A stretch of DNA of 64,000 nt from Paraspadella gotoi (GCA_051294375.1 JBJCIZ010000239.1:5532993-5596992), one strand, 5' to 3'; shown: positions 24,459 to 39,075, counted from the stretch's first letter. Made by a program: numbers and translations. The notes: generated from the sequence alone by a model not told the origin.

Positions 24459-24937
24459 AATTTGGTTTAACGTTTGGTTAACGTTAGAAAGTCAAACATG
24501 TCAAATATATATGAAAAAAAAATGTTTCTGCGGATATAAGTTTCGACGTCGCGGAAGAAAGAGAAATATGATTTTGAAAAAAAATTGTTGAAAAATGTTT
24601 TTATTGTTTAATGTCGAAAGTGATAATCTTTTGTTGTTTGTTGTGTGTATGGGAATATGTTTAAGTTAAAATAAGAAACCGACGTTGAAATTAAACAAAG
24701 CAAAATACAAAACGATAAGTTTTTAATTTTATGAAAATTTTAAGATTACTCGTTTTGATTTTAGTTATTAATTAGTTAATACATTTTTGTTTGTTAAAGG
24801 AATGAATCTATTGTTTTTAATTAAGCTATCGTTTTTAATAATTTTAAATTTTATTTCTGACATTAAAACAAATTTTCGAATGAACTTGAACGAAACTGGA
24901 ACCGAAGCGAAGTTTCACCGGAGAAAACATTTCGAGG

Positions 24938-25086
<149 letters not shown>

Positions 25087-25498
25087 TTTTGAATTGAGTC
25101 AAAAGCAAATCGGATTTTCAGATTTTTCTTGTTTACACCGAGAGAAAAGTTTTTTTCGGTGGCGGAAATAAGTAACTGAAAGCAAATAAAGCAACTCGTA
25201 GTTCCTAGTTTTAACTGTTATTAACCTTTGCTTCATATTGTAATTCTAGTAAAATATGAATCAAAAAGTTTTAAAAAAATACATAATTGAATAGCAAAAT
25301 ACGAGATGCGGAACCCACCAGTGTCGATTGAGAAAAAAAAAGGATTTTGTTTAAGTCCAAAATTGATTTTACTGCATTAATTAAATTAAGTATCTGAACG
25401 TTAAATTTTTTAGTATATTTAAATATTATATTCATTTTTGAAAAAAAATTCCAGAAAATTAAACGATATTGATCGCTCCACGAGAACAAAAGAAAGAA

Positions 25499-25566
<68 letters not shown>

Positions 25567-25850
25567 TGCTCTTTTTTTTGGCAAAAGGCGCCCTTCGTCC
25601 AGGACTTAGTCGGGTCGATGCGATCTCAACTTTTTTTCTTTTTTTTTTTCAAATTTCTTTTTCTTTTATTTGCATTTTTTTTAGTTCGAGAGGCATTTGT
25701 CTCGCCTGTTTTCCTTCACGCCTGATTGACTCTGAAGCCTGTTCCGACTGGTGTGAGATATATAGGATACGAAACATATAATATTATTTCTAGCATTACT
25801 TAAATCATTGATAAAGAGAAGATTCACCTAAAATTAAACAGGAGCCTCAT

Positions 25851-26118
25851 TGGCTTTATTTTCCCAGAACGCCCATTTTATCTTGAATTAAAATGTATGT
25901 TATTTTTTTGAGTTTGACGATTAAGTTAGTAGTTAAGGTTATCGATAAAGTTAAGGAATAAGGTTAGGGAATTGGTTTGTGATTAGAGTTAAAAATTTAG
26001 GGTTTAGGGGTAGCGATTGGTTTTATAAGTTTAAAAATATATTTAGGTTAAATATAATAGTTAAAATCGAATTCTGAGAAAAATAAACAGAAGAGGGCAC
26101 TCTGGGAAAAGAGAGCCA
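25851..26118 (+). mobile_element. MITE-like TIR/TTAGGG element copy
   Basis: TGGCTTTATTTTCCCAGAACGCCC ... GGGCACTCTGGGAAAAGAGAGCCA; flanks cctcat/actcgt (4 of 6 match). Confidence 0.8.
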
Positions 26119-26306
26119 ACTCGTCTATAAAACATTATTGGCGATTGGAGTCGTGCGCTGCCGCTGCTGCTGTTGCGGCTCCAGCCGCTGCCGCCGCCAC
26201 AGCGATCGACGCCTTTGGCCGAGAACATAAACGCCGTCATCAAAAATCTAATCTCAGATGAACAAAAATTACTCATCGAATGTGGAGAGAATAGGAGAGA
26301 GAGAGA

Positions 26307-26369
<63 letters not shown>

Positions 26370-26475
26370 GAGAGGAGAGAGAGAGAGGAGAGAGAAGAGA
26401 AGAGGGAAAAGATACTAAAAAAGAACGGAGATGATGTTGCCGATAATAAATCTGCGAGCAGAGTGAGAGAAAAGT

Positions 26476-26523
<48 letters not shown>

Positions 26524-26542
26524 AGAGAGGAGAGAGAGAGGG

Positions 26543-26574
<32 letters not shown>

Positions 26575-27881
26575 AGAGAAGAAAGAGAAAGAGAGAGAGC
26601 CACGTGAAAAATGAAGTGGAACGAAGAAGACGAACGACGCCGAAGTGATTATTCATCGAGATTCGGGAATTCGGCTCTTTTTTTGTGGACGAAGAAATGG
26701 AGGAAATATGGAGGAAAGAAAAGAGGAAAGATGAGGAAAGATTGAGGAAAGAAAAGAGAAATGAAGAAGAAAAGAAAAGTGGAAAGATGGAGGAAAGAAA
26801 AGAGAAATGAAAGAGGAAATATGGATGAAAGAGAAGTCGAATGATGGAGGAAAGAAAAAAGGAAAGATGGAGAAACGAAAAGAGGAAAGATGGAGGAAAG
26901 AAAAGAGAATGAAGAAGGAAAAAAAAGGGAAAGATGGAGGAAAGAAAAGAGAAATGAAGAAGGAAAGAAAAAAGGAAAGATAGAGGAAAGAAAAGAGGAA
27001 AGATGAAGGAAAGAAAAGAGAAATGAAGAAGGAAAGAAAATGGGAAAGATGGAGGAAAGAAAAGAGAAATGGAGAAGGAAAGAAAAAAGGCAATATGGAG
27101 GAAAGAAAAGATGAATATAAGAGGAAATATGGAGGAAAGAAAAGAGGAAATATGGAGGAAAGAAAGAGGAAAGAAAAGAGGAAAGAAAAGAGGAAAGATG
27201 GAGAAAAATATAAAGAAAGGGCAAAAGGAGTAATTGAGGAATGCGGAAGGTGAAAAAAAAAAAAGAGATTGAGTAAATTAGAAAGAAAAGAAGAAAGATG
27301 AAGGAAAGTAAAAAAAAAAGAAAAAGAGTAAAGACTAAGAGGGATGCATGCATTAGGATTAGATAAGGATTAAGAATAACATTAAGATGAAACAGAGATT
27401 AGTTAAGTAAATAAAAGAAAATAAAAGAAAAGAAAAGAAAAGAAAAAAAGAGAGGAAAAGAAAAAAGAAGGAAGGGACGCAACGCCGAAGTAAAAAAAAG
27501 TAATAAATATTATGACTGCGAAAGAAAACAGTAGGAAAACAATAGAGAAGCTTAAAAGAAATAAATCAATAAAAGCTGGTAGAGAGAGAAAACAAAGAAA
27601 AAACGGAAGGAAACAAAACAAAACAAATAGAACAAATAAAACTATAAAACAAATAAAGCCAACAAAACAAAAAACTAATAAAACAAAATAAATGAAAACC
27701 TTTAAAACAAACCAAAAAAAATAACAAACACAACAAACAAAAAAAACACAACAAGCAAAACAAGCAAAACAAACAAAACAAAACAAAAAAGCAAAACAAA
27801 GCAAAACAAGCAAAAAATTCAGTGCCCAACGTAACCTAGAAAATACGGCCGCGGGAGAAACTTGCGGAAGTGACGTTTGAA

Positions 27882-27912
<31 letters not shown>

Positions 27913-27919
27913 AGAGAGA

Positions 27920-27954
<35 letters not shown>

Positions 27955-28821
27955 TGAGAAGAGAGAGAGAAGAGAAGAGGAGAGAGAGGAGGATGGCGAG
28001 AATTGGCAATGTGAGTTCGGAGCGAGGTCTGGAGTATAGGGGAGGGCGAAGAGAGAGAGAGAGAGACGAGGAGCGAAAAAGTGGGAGGAGAAGAAAGGAG
28101 GGAAAGAAGAAATTTAACGTCGGATGAGAGAGAGAGAGAGAAGAAGAGAGGAAAAAATATCGAGCGGAAAAAAGGATGGAGAGAAAGTAGGAGAAAAAGT
28201 AGGAAGGAAGAAATAAAGAGAAATGAAGAAGGGATGAATTTTTTGTTATTAGTTGTGTCTTTGTAAATTGTTTTCATTGATTCATTTTCGTTTTTAAGAA
28301 AATAAGAACTTGTATAAAGAATTTGTTTAAAGAATTTAACAGATTTTAAAGAATTTTTCAAGACTTTCAAAGTATTTTAAATAATTTTTTTTAAATACAT
28401 ATTTTTTTTAAAGAATGGATGATTGTTTTTAATTGTGTGTGTGTGTAATTTTTTTTTACTATTCATTCTTTTTATTTCTTTTTTTATTGTTAAATATTAT
28501 TTTTTGTTATCATTTTCATTCGTTTTTTTTTTTTCATTCCTGTTTTTATATCTCATGAGAACGTTATGAGTTAATGAGACTAAAAAAAAAAATTTAAGAA
28601 AAATATTTTCATTTACTCTCGTTTAACAAGAAAAAAAGGTTGTCTCGATTTTTAATCAGATGAAACATTAAAGTGCAAATTAGCCCCGCGGAATATTTTT
28701 TTTGCTTTACTTCAGCCCTAATTTTAATAAGGATGACGACGACGCCGAAGAAAATACGTTTTTTTTTCCTTTCAAAAAATTATAACAATTTTTAAAAGAA
28801 AAAGATAAACTCTTGGATTTT

Positions 28822-29126
28822 GAACAATATTTTCCGTCAAAGTTCCATTGCTGTTCCTTAACCTCCCATTTAGTTTTTACTTTTAATATCTAGCCTTAAT
28901 CAGTTCTCAAAATCTTTACCAAAATCTTTACCCCAATCCCTAACCTTAATCCTCTACTGAAACCTGATCCCTAACCCTAATCTCTATCCCTAATCCCGAA
29001 TACTTAAATTCCCATTTAATTATCTTAACTTAATCCTCAACACATTACCTAATCTTAAAACCCCCAAAAAACTAACTCAATTCAGAATTTAAAACGAAAC
29101 AGGGGCGCTTTTAGAAATTAAGGTCG
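28822..29126 (-). mobile_element. MITE-like TIR/TTAGGG element copy, reverse and degenerate
   Basis: CCCTAA-like interior; right end GGGGCGCTTTTAGAAATTAAGGTCG; flanks gatttt/ggtttt (5 of 6 match). Confidence 0.65.
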
Positions 29127-29364
29127 GGTTTTGCTCGTGATGCAACAAAAAAACTTGCAAAACTGCAACTGGAAAAAAAACTGGTAAGAGCCTTTTGGCT
29201 CGATTATTTTGAAAGAATAAAGGATGAAATTCAAATTGTGGCGCCAAAAGGATTCCTCTTATTTTCCATCGTTATCTCTCCAATTGTTGAAAACTCACAA
29301 CTCAGAAATAAAATCCATTAAAACTCATTAAAAGTTTTCATCGAGTGTTTTTTTTCCAATATTG

Positions 29365-29572
29365 ATTTGAGAGTGGAAGCTAAAATGGAAATTGGTTAGA
29401 GAGTGGAAGTAATAAGGGGGAAAAAAATCATTTGAGAGTGGAAGCGAAACGGAACAAGGATTGGGAGTGAAAGCCAAATAGAAGACTATTTTGAGAGTGG
29501 AAGCCAAATGAAAAAAAAAAACGAGTTGAAAATTGATTTGAGAGTGGAAGCCCAACGGATGTGAGAGTGGCC
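29365..29572. repeat. Degenerate ~30-bp tandem repeat with core tttgagagtggaagc
   Basis: About seven recurrences of (ga)gagtggaag. Confidence 0.75.
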
Positions 29573-29863
29573 AAAGAAGACATCCATTTGTGAACGAGAA
29601 AAGAAATTTTAAAGATAAAAAAAAACCAGGATGTGGAAGTGTTTAAAGTGAACCTTTTTACTTCGGAACGCCAATTAGAATAAAAATTGCGGTAGAGGCC
29701 GCTAGGGGCGCAGAAGAACGCTAATGGTTTCTCTTTTTCTTCATCTCCCATCTCTGCCGACGGAGAAGAAGAGCCAAACGTAACTCTTCAAAAAAACTGG
29801 AACAGCCATGATAGAGAGAGATGAGAGAGAGAGGGAGAGAGACAGAGAGAGCGAAGAAGAGAG

Positions 29864-29910
<47 letters not shown>

Positions 29911-30203
29911 CGTTTTACCGTTGCAACCAATTTCCATATTGCAGCAAAAAAAAAATGTAAATAAAAGCGAGACCGTATTGTAAATGACGGGTGGCAGTTT
30001 GTAACATTGCTTGTTGTTTTCCTTCCGTCTAATGGAGCGGGCGATGGTGGGCGGCGGCGGCGGCGGCGGCGGCGGTAATGTCAATGACGAGGCGGTATTT
30101 TTCAGCATCGTGGGTATGGCGTGCATCGGCGATGTAGTGAAATTTCGTCCAGTACCGGGAAGTTTGTCAGTAGAAACGCGGAGCGCGGTCCTCGCTTGAG
30201 ACC

Positions 30204-30435
30204 CCCTCTAAATGGCAAATATGACGCTCTCTGAATGGCAAAGATGACGCTCTCTAAACGGCAAAAATGATGCCCTTTTACTCTGAAAAAAGATGCCATT
30301 CAAATGTCAAAAATGACGGCCTTTAAATGGCAAAAAAATGAAGCGCTCTAAATGGCAAAAAGGATACCTATTAAATCTAAAAAAATGATGCCATTCAAAT
30401 GTCAAAAATGACGGCCTTTAAATGGCAAAATTGAC
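30204..30435. repeat. ~23-bp tandem repeat (ctctaaatggcaaaaatgacg)
   Basis: Seen directly. Confidence 0.8.
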
Positions 30436-31196
30436 ACGTGGGTCCGCGATGAATAAAATCAACGTCCTTTGGCGAAGGTTGCGCCACTGAAGGAAAAAAA
30501 AAAAAACTAAATAAACAAAAAACAAAAAAAAAAATAAAAAACAGAAACAGAGGCAGCTGCCTGACTCAGCGGCTGCCGCGGCGGGAGCGGCGGAGGCTGT
30601 TACGGAGTGGGTCTAGAAATTGGGGCGGAGTGGCGGAGACTTAAAGAGGCACTGGCGTCGGCAGCAGCACGGAAAGTTTGTTATTTTTACGGAAATAAAA
30701 AGGTGATGCCGATGGGTGAGGTAAACGCGTTTGAGGCAAGCGTCGCGGCGGATTATGGCGATTCGGAAGTTGTGGCAAGGTGTGATTAGTTGTGATTAGT
30801 TGTGGCAAGTTGTGGCAAGTTTTGCCATGTTGTGGCAACGATATCGAGGAACATCAAAGCTTAGATCGTTATAAAATTCGGTGGCCAAAAAGAAAAAAAG
30901 TCACAATAAAAAATAAGAAAAGAAAATTTGTGGTTGGAATCGGAAGCTCGAGTCTGAGAAGGAGAAGAAAAGCATCAATGGAAAAGCCGTGCGGAGAATA
31001 GAAGGAGAGAGGGAGGAAGAGGAGAGGGAGGGAGAGAGAGAAAGAGAGAGAGAGTGGGAGGGAGGGGGAGAGAGAGAGAAAGAGAGAGGGAGGGAGGGAG
31101 AGAGAGAGATTTAGAATCCAGAATGGAAAATAGTAAAAAAGAAAGAAGAATAAAAAGATGAGAGAAAGAGAGAAAGAAAGGAAGAAGAGGAAGGGA

Positions 31197-31231
<35 letters not shown>

Positions 31232-32373
31232 GATCAAAGAAAAAACTCACACGAAGAAGAGAAATAAAAAAAATTAAAAAAACTTCAAACCTGAAAGAAA
31301 AAAAAAAGTCTGAAGTTGGCACAAAAACGAAATCGAGTTTGAAGGAAAGAGGGGGGGGGGACAGACCGACCGACGAGACCGACTGACCGACCAACAGACG
31401 ATCGCACGAGAGAGAGATAGAGACGCCGAGAGACAAAACCAAAATCGGATTAAACGTTGGATTCGTCTCGCGATGTGAAAGTCGACCGAGAGTCACGCGA
31501 GTTTAAATCTTTCGATGTGCGACAGACGGTTGGGGAAAAAAAATGGCACAACCATGAGATTAANNNNNNNNNNAAAATGACCTCAAGGCGACATTCGGCA
31601 TATCCGCGATGCCCAGATGAGTTGTTAAGGTTATTTTACCCGTTGTCAGGGGCTGCGGACCTTCACAGGCGCCGCCTTTCACTGGCGCGGTTTAAACTCG
31701 TACCCTCACGCTTTTTTGTCAACGCAGAGTGAAGTCGTTCACACTTTGAAATGGATCGTACGCTTAGGACTGTGCGTTCCTGACGCTGAGTCAACCGGAT
31801 AGGCTGGGCTAAAATGGAAGTAAGGCGGTGTGAATTCACCGTCACAACTGTTTGAAAAAAAGTAGATTTCAGTTTAATAAAAAAATGAGAATGTGGAGTT
31901 TTCAGCGAACCAGCATTTTCTTTACTGCGATTGATTTTCGTCAAAACCCATCAAACCAGAGACAAGCAATAGGTTTGACGTCAAGCAATCGGTTTCANNN
32001 NNNNNNNNNNNNNNNNNNNNNNNNNNNNNNNNNNNNNNNNNNNNNNNNNNNNNNNNNNNNNNNNNNNNNNNNNNNNNNNNNNNNNNNNNNNNNNNNNNNN
32101 NNNNNNNNNNNNNNNNNNNNNNNNNNNNNNNNNNNNNNNNNNNNNNNNNNNNNNNNNNNNNNNNNNNNNNNNNNNNNNNNNNNNNNNNNNNNNNNNNNNN
32201 NNNNNNNNNNNNNNNNNNNNNNNNNNNNNNNNNNNNNNNNNNNNNNNNNNNNNNNNNNNNNNNNNNNNNNNNNNNNNNNNNNNNNNNNNNNNNNNNNNNN
32301 NNNNNNNNNNNNNNNNNNNNNNNNNNNNNNNNNNNNNNNNNNNNNNNNNNNNNNNNNNNNNNNNNNNNNNNNT

Positions 32374-32490
32374 TCCTACGTCAAACAATCATTCCTACGT
32401 CAAGCAATCATTCCGGCGTCAAACAATCATTCCTACGTCAAGCAATCATTCCTACGTCAAACAATCATTCCTACGTCAAGCAATCATTTC
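32374..32490. repeat. 19-bp tandem repeat (ttcctacgtcaagcaatca) running out of a gap
   Basis: About six copies; a related word also precedes the gap at ~31965-31995. Confidence 0.85.
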
Positions 32491-34079
32491 GACACCAAGC
32501 AAAGGTTCTCTCTCTCTCGACGCCGAGACACTTATTCTCTCGACGCTTTGTCTAAAAATCCCTCGTTGGCTACGGTTGACTTGGGCGGTAGAAGAAGACT
32601 AATTCTAAAGAGAAAAGCAAAAAAAGAGCTAAAAAGAGCAAAAGGAGGAAAGATTAAAGAGCAAAAGAAGCAATTTTCTATAAATAGGATGATTTTAATG
32701 AGAAATTATAGGTTATAATTAAACGTTTTCTTTGCTCTGTTCAGAAAAGGATGTTTTATCCCATTTCAAAACATTATCTGTACATATGATTCCTGTGGCC
32801 CCCATATTTTATAACCGAAAACTCTAGAGTCAAATTTGACGCTCTCTGTGACGACGACGACAACGACGACAACGACGACGACGACAACGACGACGGAGAA
32901 CAGCAGCTGGGCCTCTGGATCACAATTCGGTTATTTTTTTTTTAATTAATTGAAGCTTAATTCTTGATTTAAAATTGGAAAAAAAAGTAATTTTTTTTTA
33001 TCGCTTCTCTTTATGTTCCGATGGAGAATTCAAGTTAGTTTGTTGGTATCGTTCTATTTATCGTGTTGTCATCTTAATATAAACCAACTCGGGATAAAAT
33101 TCCGTCTCAGCTGCGAAAGAAGATCCGAACCTTCGGTTTGTCATCGGCGAACTTAATTCTTCCCGATTAACTTTTTTTTTGATCTTCGCCATTTCAAGAA
33201 AAAAACGACTCTTTTTATTTCCAGTTAGTTCTTACTTCTTAGAGTTAGATCTATCTTATGTTATTATAGATTTTGAAATCGGTAACACCAATGCAAATTA
33301 TTCATTCAATTAATAAATAAGCAATCTTGCCCCTGACTTTGGACAGGCGATGGTGGTTTAAGGCCTCCATCCCTCTTACAATATAATAACAGAGTAGAAT
33401 CCTACAATCTCTCAATCTTGACTCTCTGACAGTCAAATTTGAAATAAGCTTAAATACGAATAGAATCCAACCTTTTAACAAACTTAAAACTTAAATGTTT
33501 AATCCAACGATATCCCCCCTATTTAGAAGGGGGGAGTCCTTAACCTACCATAGCCCCATCCAAAGTCAGGGCCCAGATAATTTAGCTTATTTATTGAAAG
33601 AATGATTAATTTTTATAAATGTTTTACTCATTTCACAGTACTTATTTTGTACGTAGTTTGAAACATTATTCTAAGAATCTAAGGCAACCCTATCATTGTT
33701 TTCCTTGTAACATCCTTCATTTCTTTTTATTATTTCTTTATCCCGTTTTGTTTTTAATTTCTTTGAATAAATATTTCTTTTTTTTTTTACCTTTTTCTTT
33801 TTATTATCTGCTCACCCCTCACCTATTTTTTCTTCTCTCGGGGTGAAATAACGCACAACGACTAAGACGCCGCCGCCGCAGCAGCCTCAGCCGCAGCCGC
33901 CGCCCAAGCTAACAACAACAACAAAAACGACGCCGCGTTAAGGTCACTAGGCGTCATTTTCCCTCACCCTCGGGAGAGACGAGACGGCGTCGTAACTTAC
34001 CCTCGAGACGCGACATTTTCTCCCTTACCCTCGAGACTAACCGGGGCAACCCTAAGCGCCTTTCCTTATCAGGGTGCGG

Positions 34080-34298
34080 CGTGGATAAAAATGGCGGGTG
34101 CACGTGACCGAAATGGCGGGAAATCAGGTGGGTGCACGTTATCGAAATGATTTGCACGCGACCTAAAAGACGTGAAATATTAAGGGTGCCCGTGGGGTAA
34201 ATGGATAGAATCTGATAAGTACACACGATCCGAAGTGCGTGAAATCTTATTGGTACACCTGATCTTAATTGCGTGAAATCCTCTAGTTGCACGTGATC
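34080..34298. repeat. Old 34-bp tandem repeat rich in CACGTG/GCGTG
   Basis: Minus-strand units GATCACGTGCAACTAGAGGATTTCACGCAATTAA / GATCAGGTGTACCAATAAGATTTCACGCACTTCG / GATCGTGTGTACTTATCAGATTCTATCCATTTAC. Confidence 0.65.
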
Positions 34299-37200
34299 CT
34301 AATGGTTTGGCGTCCACCTTAATGACGAAAAGGTCAGGCTCACGGTTCACTGCGAAAAGACCATCATAATAACTTTGTTGTATTGCGTTCAATTATTGAT
34401 AGGGAATCTTTTGACGCCAGTCGCTACGGGGCGCTGGAGTGATAAAGAAAGGTCGAAAGGCCAGACGACGACGACGATGAAGCTTACGTTTATATAATAT
34501 ATATATAATATATATATATTAGCTAATGATAAATACAAGGACGAGAGCACTTCTTCGTTCACTTTTGTCTATAATCCAGGATAGAGAGAGTGATTCTGTT
34601 GTTTATGTGTTTTGTTTCCTGAGCACTTTTTTCTTTTTATTATCTGCTGATCTCGCCTTCAGCGATAGAGTGCCTGAAATGAATGACTTTGATTTATCAT
34701 ACTCTGAAGTAAAACAAAATAAACTGGTCTTACAATTTTCACATGTCACTAAGACAGTGACGTGACTTGAAAGGAGAGTGTCTTACTAGCATACCATCTC
34801 AAAGAACACAGCTAGCACTGAGGAAGAAAGTTTGGCTGTCACAAAAATGTGACATCTAACGATACCAGTATACTTTAAGAGAGGGAGCGATACAGCCGCG
34901 TGTAAGAGTGACTGTTTATCAAGGACGTGCAAATATTATTAGATACTTCAAGACTCATCGGAACTGAACTCTAAACTCGCGGAAGACAGAACAGGGCGTC
35001 GTGTACCATCTGACCATCTTTGAGTATAACAGTTGGACGAATTTGTTTAATCGTCCCGTACCTCTATGATCTGTTCCAAGTTAAAAATAAGATTGTATTC
35101 TATTACTCAGCGGGCACACTAAGGAGTCAAGGCCGTCATCTTTATCGATGAATGATATTCGAAGGCAGGGACATGGGGGTTGTGCGCCAAGCAGTGTGCA
35201 ATTACAAAATGTGCAACAGGTGGATAGGCACGTGAGGCGGATTGCAGTGAGAATAGTGAACGGGGACAATAAGTAAGGCTTTTGGATAGCAAGCTGGATT
35301 TTTATACCGGTAAATGATTGCACTGGCGACCTAAAAGACGTGAATATATTAAGGGTGCCGCAGTAGGGGTGCAATGGATAGATCTGATAAGTAAAGCACG
35401 ACTCCGAGAGAGACACTAGTGTGACGGAACATCTCTATGTGATACGAGGGAGACAGTTTTCGTCCGTATAATGCTTAGAGGTGCCGAGTGTATGACATGA
35501 TCCGTTCTCATGTGCGTACGATATGTCATTGACTTACTTGAGCATGGATTGTTGGCGTGCACCTTGAATGCGTCTAGTACTGACGTGGAGAGAGGTGCTA
35601 TAGAGTGGGCACGTGTTGTAACTGTTTTGGAGGCCGAGAAAGAACTTCATCATAATAGAGATTTGTAGGGTTCGCTAGGTTTAATTTGCCGTCCAAGAGT
35701 TTCTATGATAAGGTTATCCCGAAGCGTTTTTTGACGCCAAGCTCGCCTACGCGGGCCGCGGAGCTTGAAAAGAAGGAGGTCGGAAGGACCTATGTATCGT
35801 ATCGATGCACTGTATGAGATGCTCATGCGTCCAGTTGACTATCTTTCAAATTTTTCATGGATGGTATTAACTATTGATTATACTAGATATTGGAGGGTGT
35901 AGAGGAGAGCGCGCCTATTCGCGCCGCCGCTCAAGAGGCACATCGCATCGCAATTAAAGGCCCTAGCAGTAGACGCAGAGGCAACCTGACTATTCAGAGC
36001 TTGCAGAGCATCTTATTACGTGCAGCTACCTTGATTTGATTGCAGATACGAGTAGATATGTTTGGTGAGTTGTTTTTGTATATGGATCTTATCAATTCTT
36101 CTTTTGGTGTATTAATTAGTAGGGGAGAGAGAGTCTCTTTCCTCCTTTACTCTGTATGTTTTATCTGCTTTCCTTTCTTATTTCGATTGACACTTATCAT
36201 TAACATAAGTAATAGTGCTTTGCTTTGTTTGCCATTCTATATCTTTGCCTTTCGTTCTTTGTTCCGTGTTATTTATGTCTTGCTTTCTGCTTCATCTATT
36301 AAAACGAATCTTTATTTCACTCTTCTCTTGTTACCTTTTTCTTTCCTTTATCTTCTATTGTTATTTCTTTTTTATTCTCCTCTTCTTCTAGCGCACTTTT
36401 TTTTTATTTGTTTGGCTGTTCGCAGTGTACTTTTTCTGCTGCGTTTCTTCTCTTATGTGAGTCTAACTTTTAGGTCGTCTTCCGTCTTTTTGGTCTCTTT
36501 GTCTGTCATTAGTTTACTTCTACACCTATTAATTTGTTAAATGCTGAGTTACTTATTGAATACTCTATCCTTAATTATTTATGCTATGTTTTATGTAATA
36601 TGATCTTACTCTTTGTTATTTTTTTGCCTTTTATTGGACTTGTTCCGCTTAGACTCTTGTAATTATGATACCACATCGGGCGCGGAAGCCAGGTTGAGTT
36701 GTTTGACAGCTTGTTCTCGCTTTGTCTTCTTCGTTTAACGTACTGTCTTATCTTGGGCCTTTTGCTTCGTACTCTCTCCGACGGGGGAGAAACTGATGAG
36801 GATAGATAGACGGTAGATGATTAGATAGACCGAGATGAGAAATATGAGAGAATAGAGACCGTGTTGATGACTTATGCNNNNNNNNNNNNNNNNNNNNNNN
36901 NNGGTAATGCAATCGTCGGGAAATTCATCGAACAAACGAAAAATCACCTAGACGCGACTTCTCGAATACGCCGGTTCTTGTTTTTTTCGGTCTCTCCCCC
37001 TTTTTCACTGCAAACGCCAACCGTTTATGGCAGATGGCGCGGCGAACGCGGCCTTCGATGCTCTTCTGTTTTCCTTCCTCCACTTCCAATGCGGGCTTAT
37101 ATACGTATTTGTTGTTTTTTGTTGTTGTTGTTGTTTTTTTTTTATATATTTTCTTTCCAGTATCTTCTAGTTCCGCCGTCCGCCGCCGCGGCATTTTGCG

Positions 37201-37709
37201 GCGCTGCCGTCGCTGGCTGCGGTGCTCCGCGGACCGAGAGATCGTAATCTCGTTGCAGGAGTTTTATGATATTATGGGAAAGGAGAAAAAGGGAGGGGAG
37301 GATTTGAAAAAAAAAGGGAGAGGAGGAAGGAAAAGTGGAGGATTAAAAGGAAAGGATTTAAAAGGAAAGGGGTAGAAAAAAAAAGGAAAAAAGGGAAAAA
37401 CGAAAAGTAAAGGGGAGAAAAAAAAGGAAGGAAGAAAAAAAAAATACCAAGAAATGGTAAAGTGAAGTATTAATTAAAACGAAAAGAAAATAAGGACAGA
37501 ACAAAAAAAAAAAGAAATTTAATAAATTAAGTAAATAATGTATGAAAGCGACGAAATACGAACCAAAATTTCAAGAATGTAAGGAAAGAAATAAAGAATA
37601 TAATTTGAAGAGAGTATTCAAAAGAGAAAATAGAAACTGAANNNNNNNNNNGAAAATAGAAACTGAAAGGGCCGGGTGAAAAGTGGAAAATTGGAGTGAG
37701 GAATAAAAC

Positions 37710-37815
<106 letters not shown>

Positions 37816-38789
37816 ATCTTTTCTTGATACAAATTTCTTCCAAGGAAAGAGTGCTTTCAACAAATTCTTTTCTCCTTTCAAGCGCAGATACGGACGGCCA
37901 TTTGTAAAAAGGCAAAACAGTATGAATTATATGAATATATGTTTGTTGCCTTCCTTTATTTATTTATTATGTATCTTAAGTTAGCCAAATCGATGCCCGA
38001 ACAACTCAACCTCCCCCCCNNNNNNNNNNNNNNNNNNNNNNNNNNNNNNNNNNNNNNNNNNNNNNNNNNNNNNNNNNNNNNNNNNNNNNNNNNNNNNNNN
38101 NNNNNNNNNNNNNNNNNNNNNNNNNNNNNNNNNNNNNNNNNNNNNNNNNNNNNNNNNNNNNNNNNNNNNNNNNNNNNNNNNNNNNNNNNNNNNNNNNNNN
38201 NNNAAAAAGAGAGAGATACGCACAAGGTTTTAATATCGTCGATCGTCGGGTCGTCGTCGTCTTCATCGTCGTCTTCATCGTCGTCGTCTATGAGGAAAAG
38301 AGGTTCCAGAAACTATACAGAAAATAAAAGCTCCAGACAAGAAGATAAAGAAAAACGCTCCAGAAAAGATAAAAAAAAAACTCTCCATAGAAAAAGATAA
38401 AAAAAGCTCCAGAGAAGAAGTACTAAAGCTCCAGAGAAGAAAGAGCCGGACGAAGGAGTTTCGGGCTTGAAGATTCGCCGTCGAAATAACAAAACAAAAT
38501 TTCGCAGTGAAACTTATTTATTTAACATTAAATCGTATTAAATTAACAATTTAACATTAAATTAATAATTTAACATGAAATCAAAGACGGAGGCAAACAA
38601 AAGAACAGCGTTGGACGAAATTATTTGAGGAAAATTGGTTGTTTTTAGGAAAAATTGAAAAAAATTGTTTCTTTTGTTTGTTTTTTTTTTTAGTTTATTG
38701 TCTTTTTTCTTTTTAGTTTATTTTATTTTTAAGCGCACGATATATTCTGATCGATGCGAGACGAGACAGATCTCGACCCTAGAATTTTA

Positions 38790-39075
38790 CGGTCCAATCA
38801 TTTCTGTGCTCAATATTTTCTCGGCCAAATCATTTCACAAATCAATTATTTCACTGATCACTCATTTCTAAGCCCATTCTTTTCGAGGCCCAATCGTTTC
38901 TAAGCACATTCATTACTCAGCCCAATGATTTCTGGGCCCAATCATTTCTCGATCCTATCCTTTCTGGGCTCAGACATTTCTGGGCTCATTTATTTCTTGG
39001 CCCAATCCTTTCAGCTCAATTATTTCTCAGCCCAATATTTTTTTATCCCAATTATTTCTCGGCCCTATCGTTTCC
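38790..39075. repeat. ~17-bp degenerate tandem repeat (atttctgggcccaatc)
   Basis: Seen directly. Confidence 0.75.
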
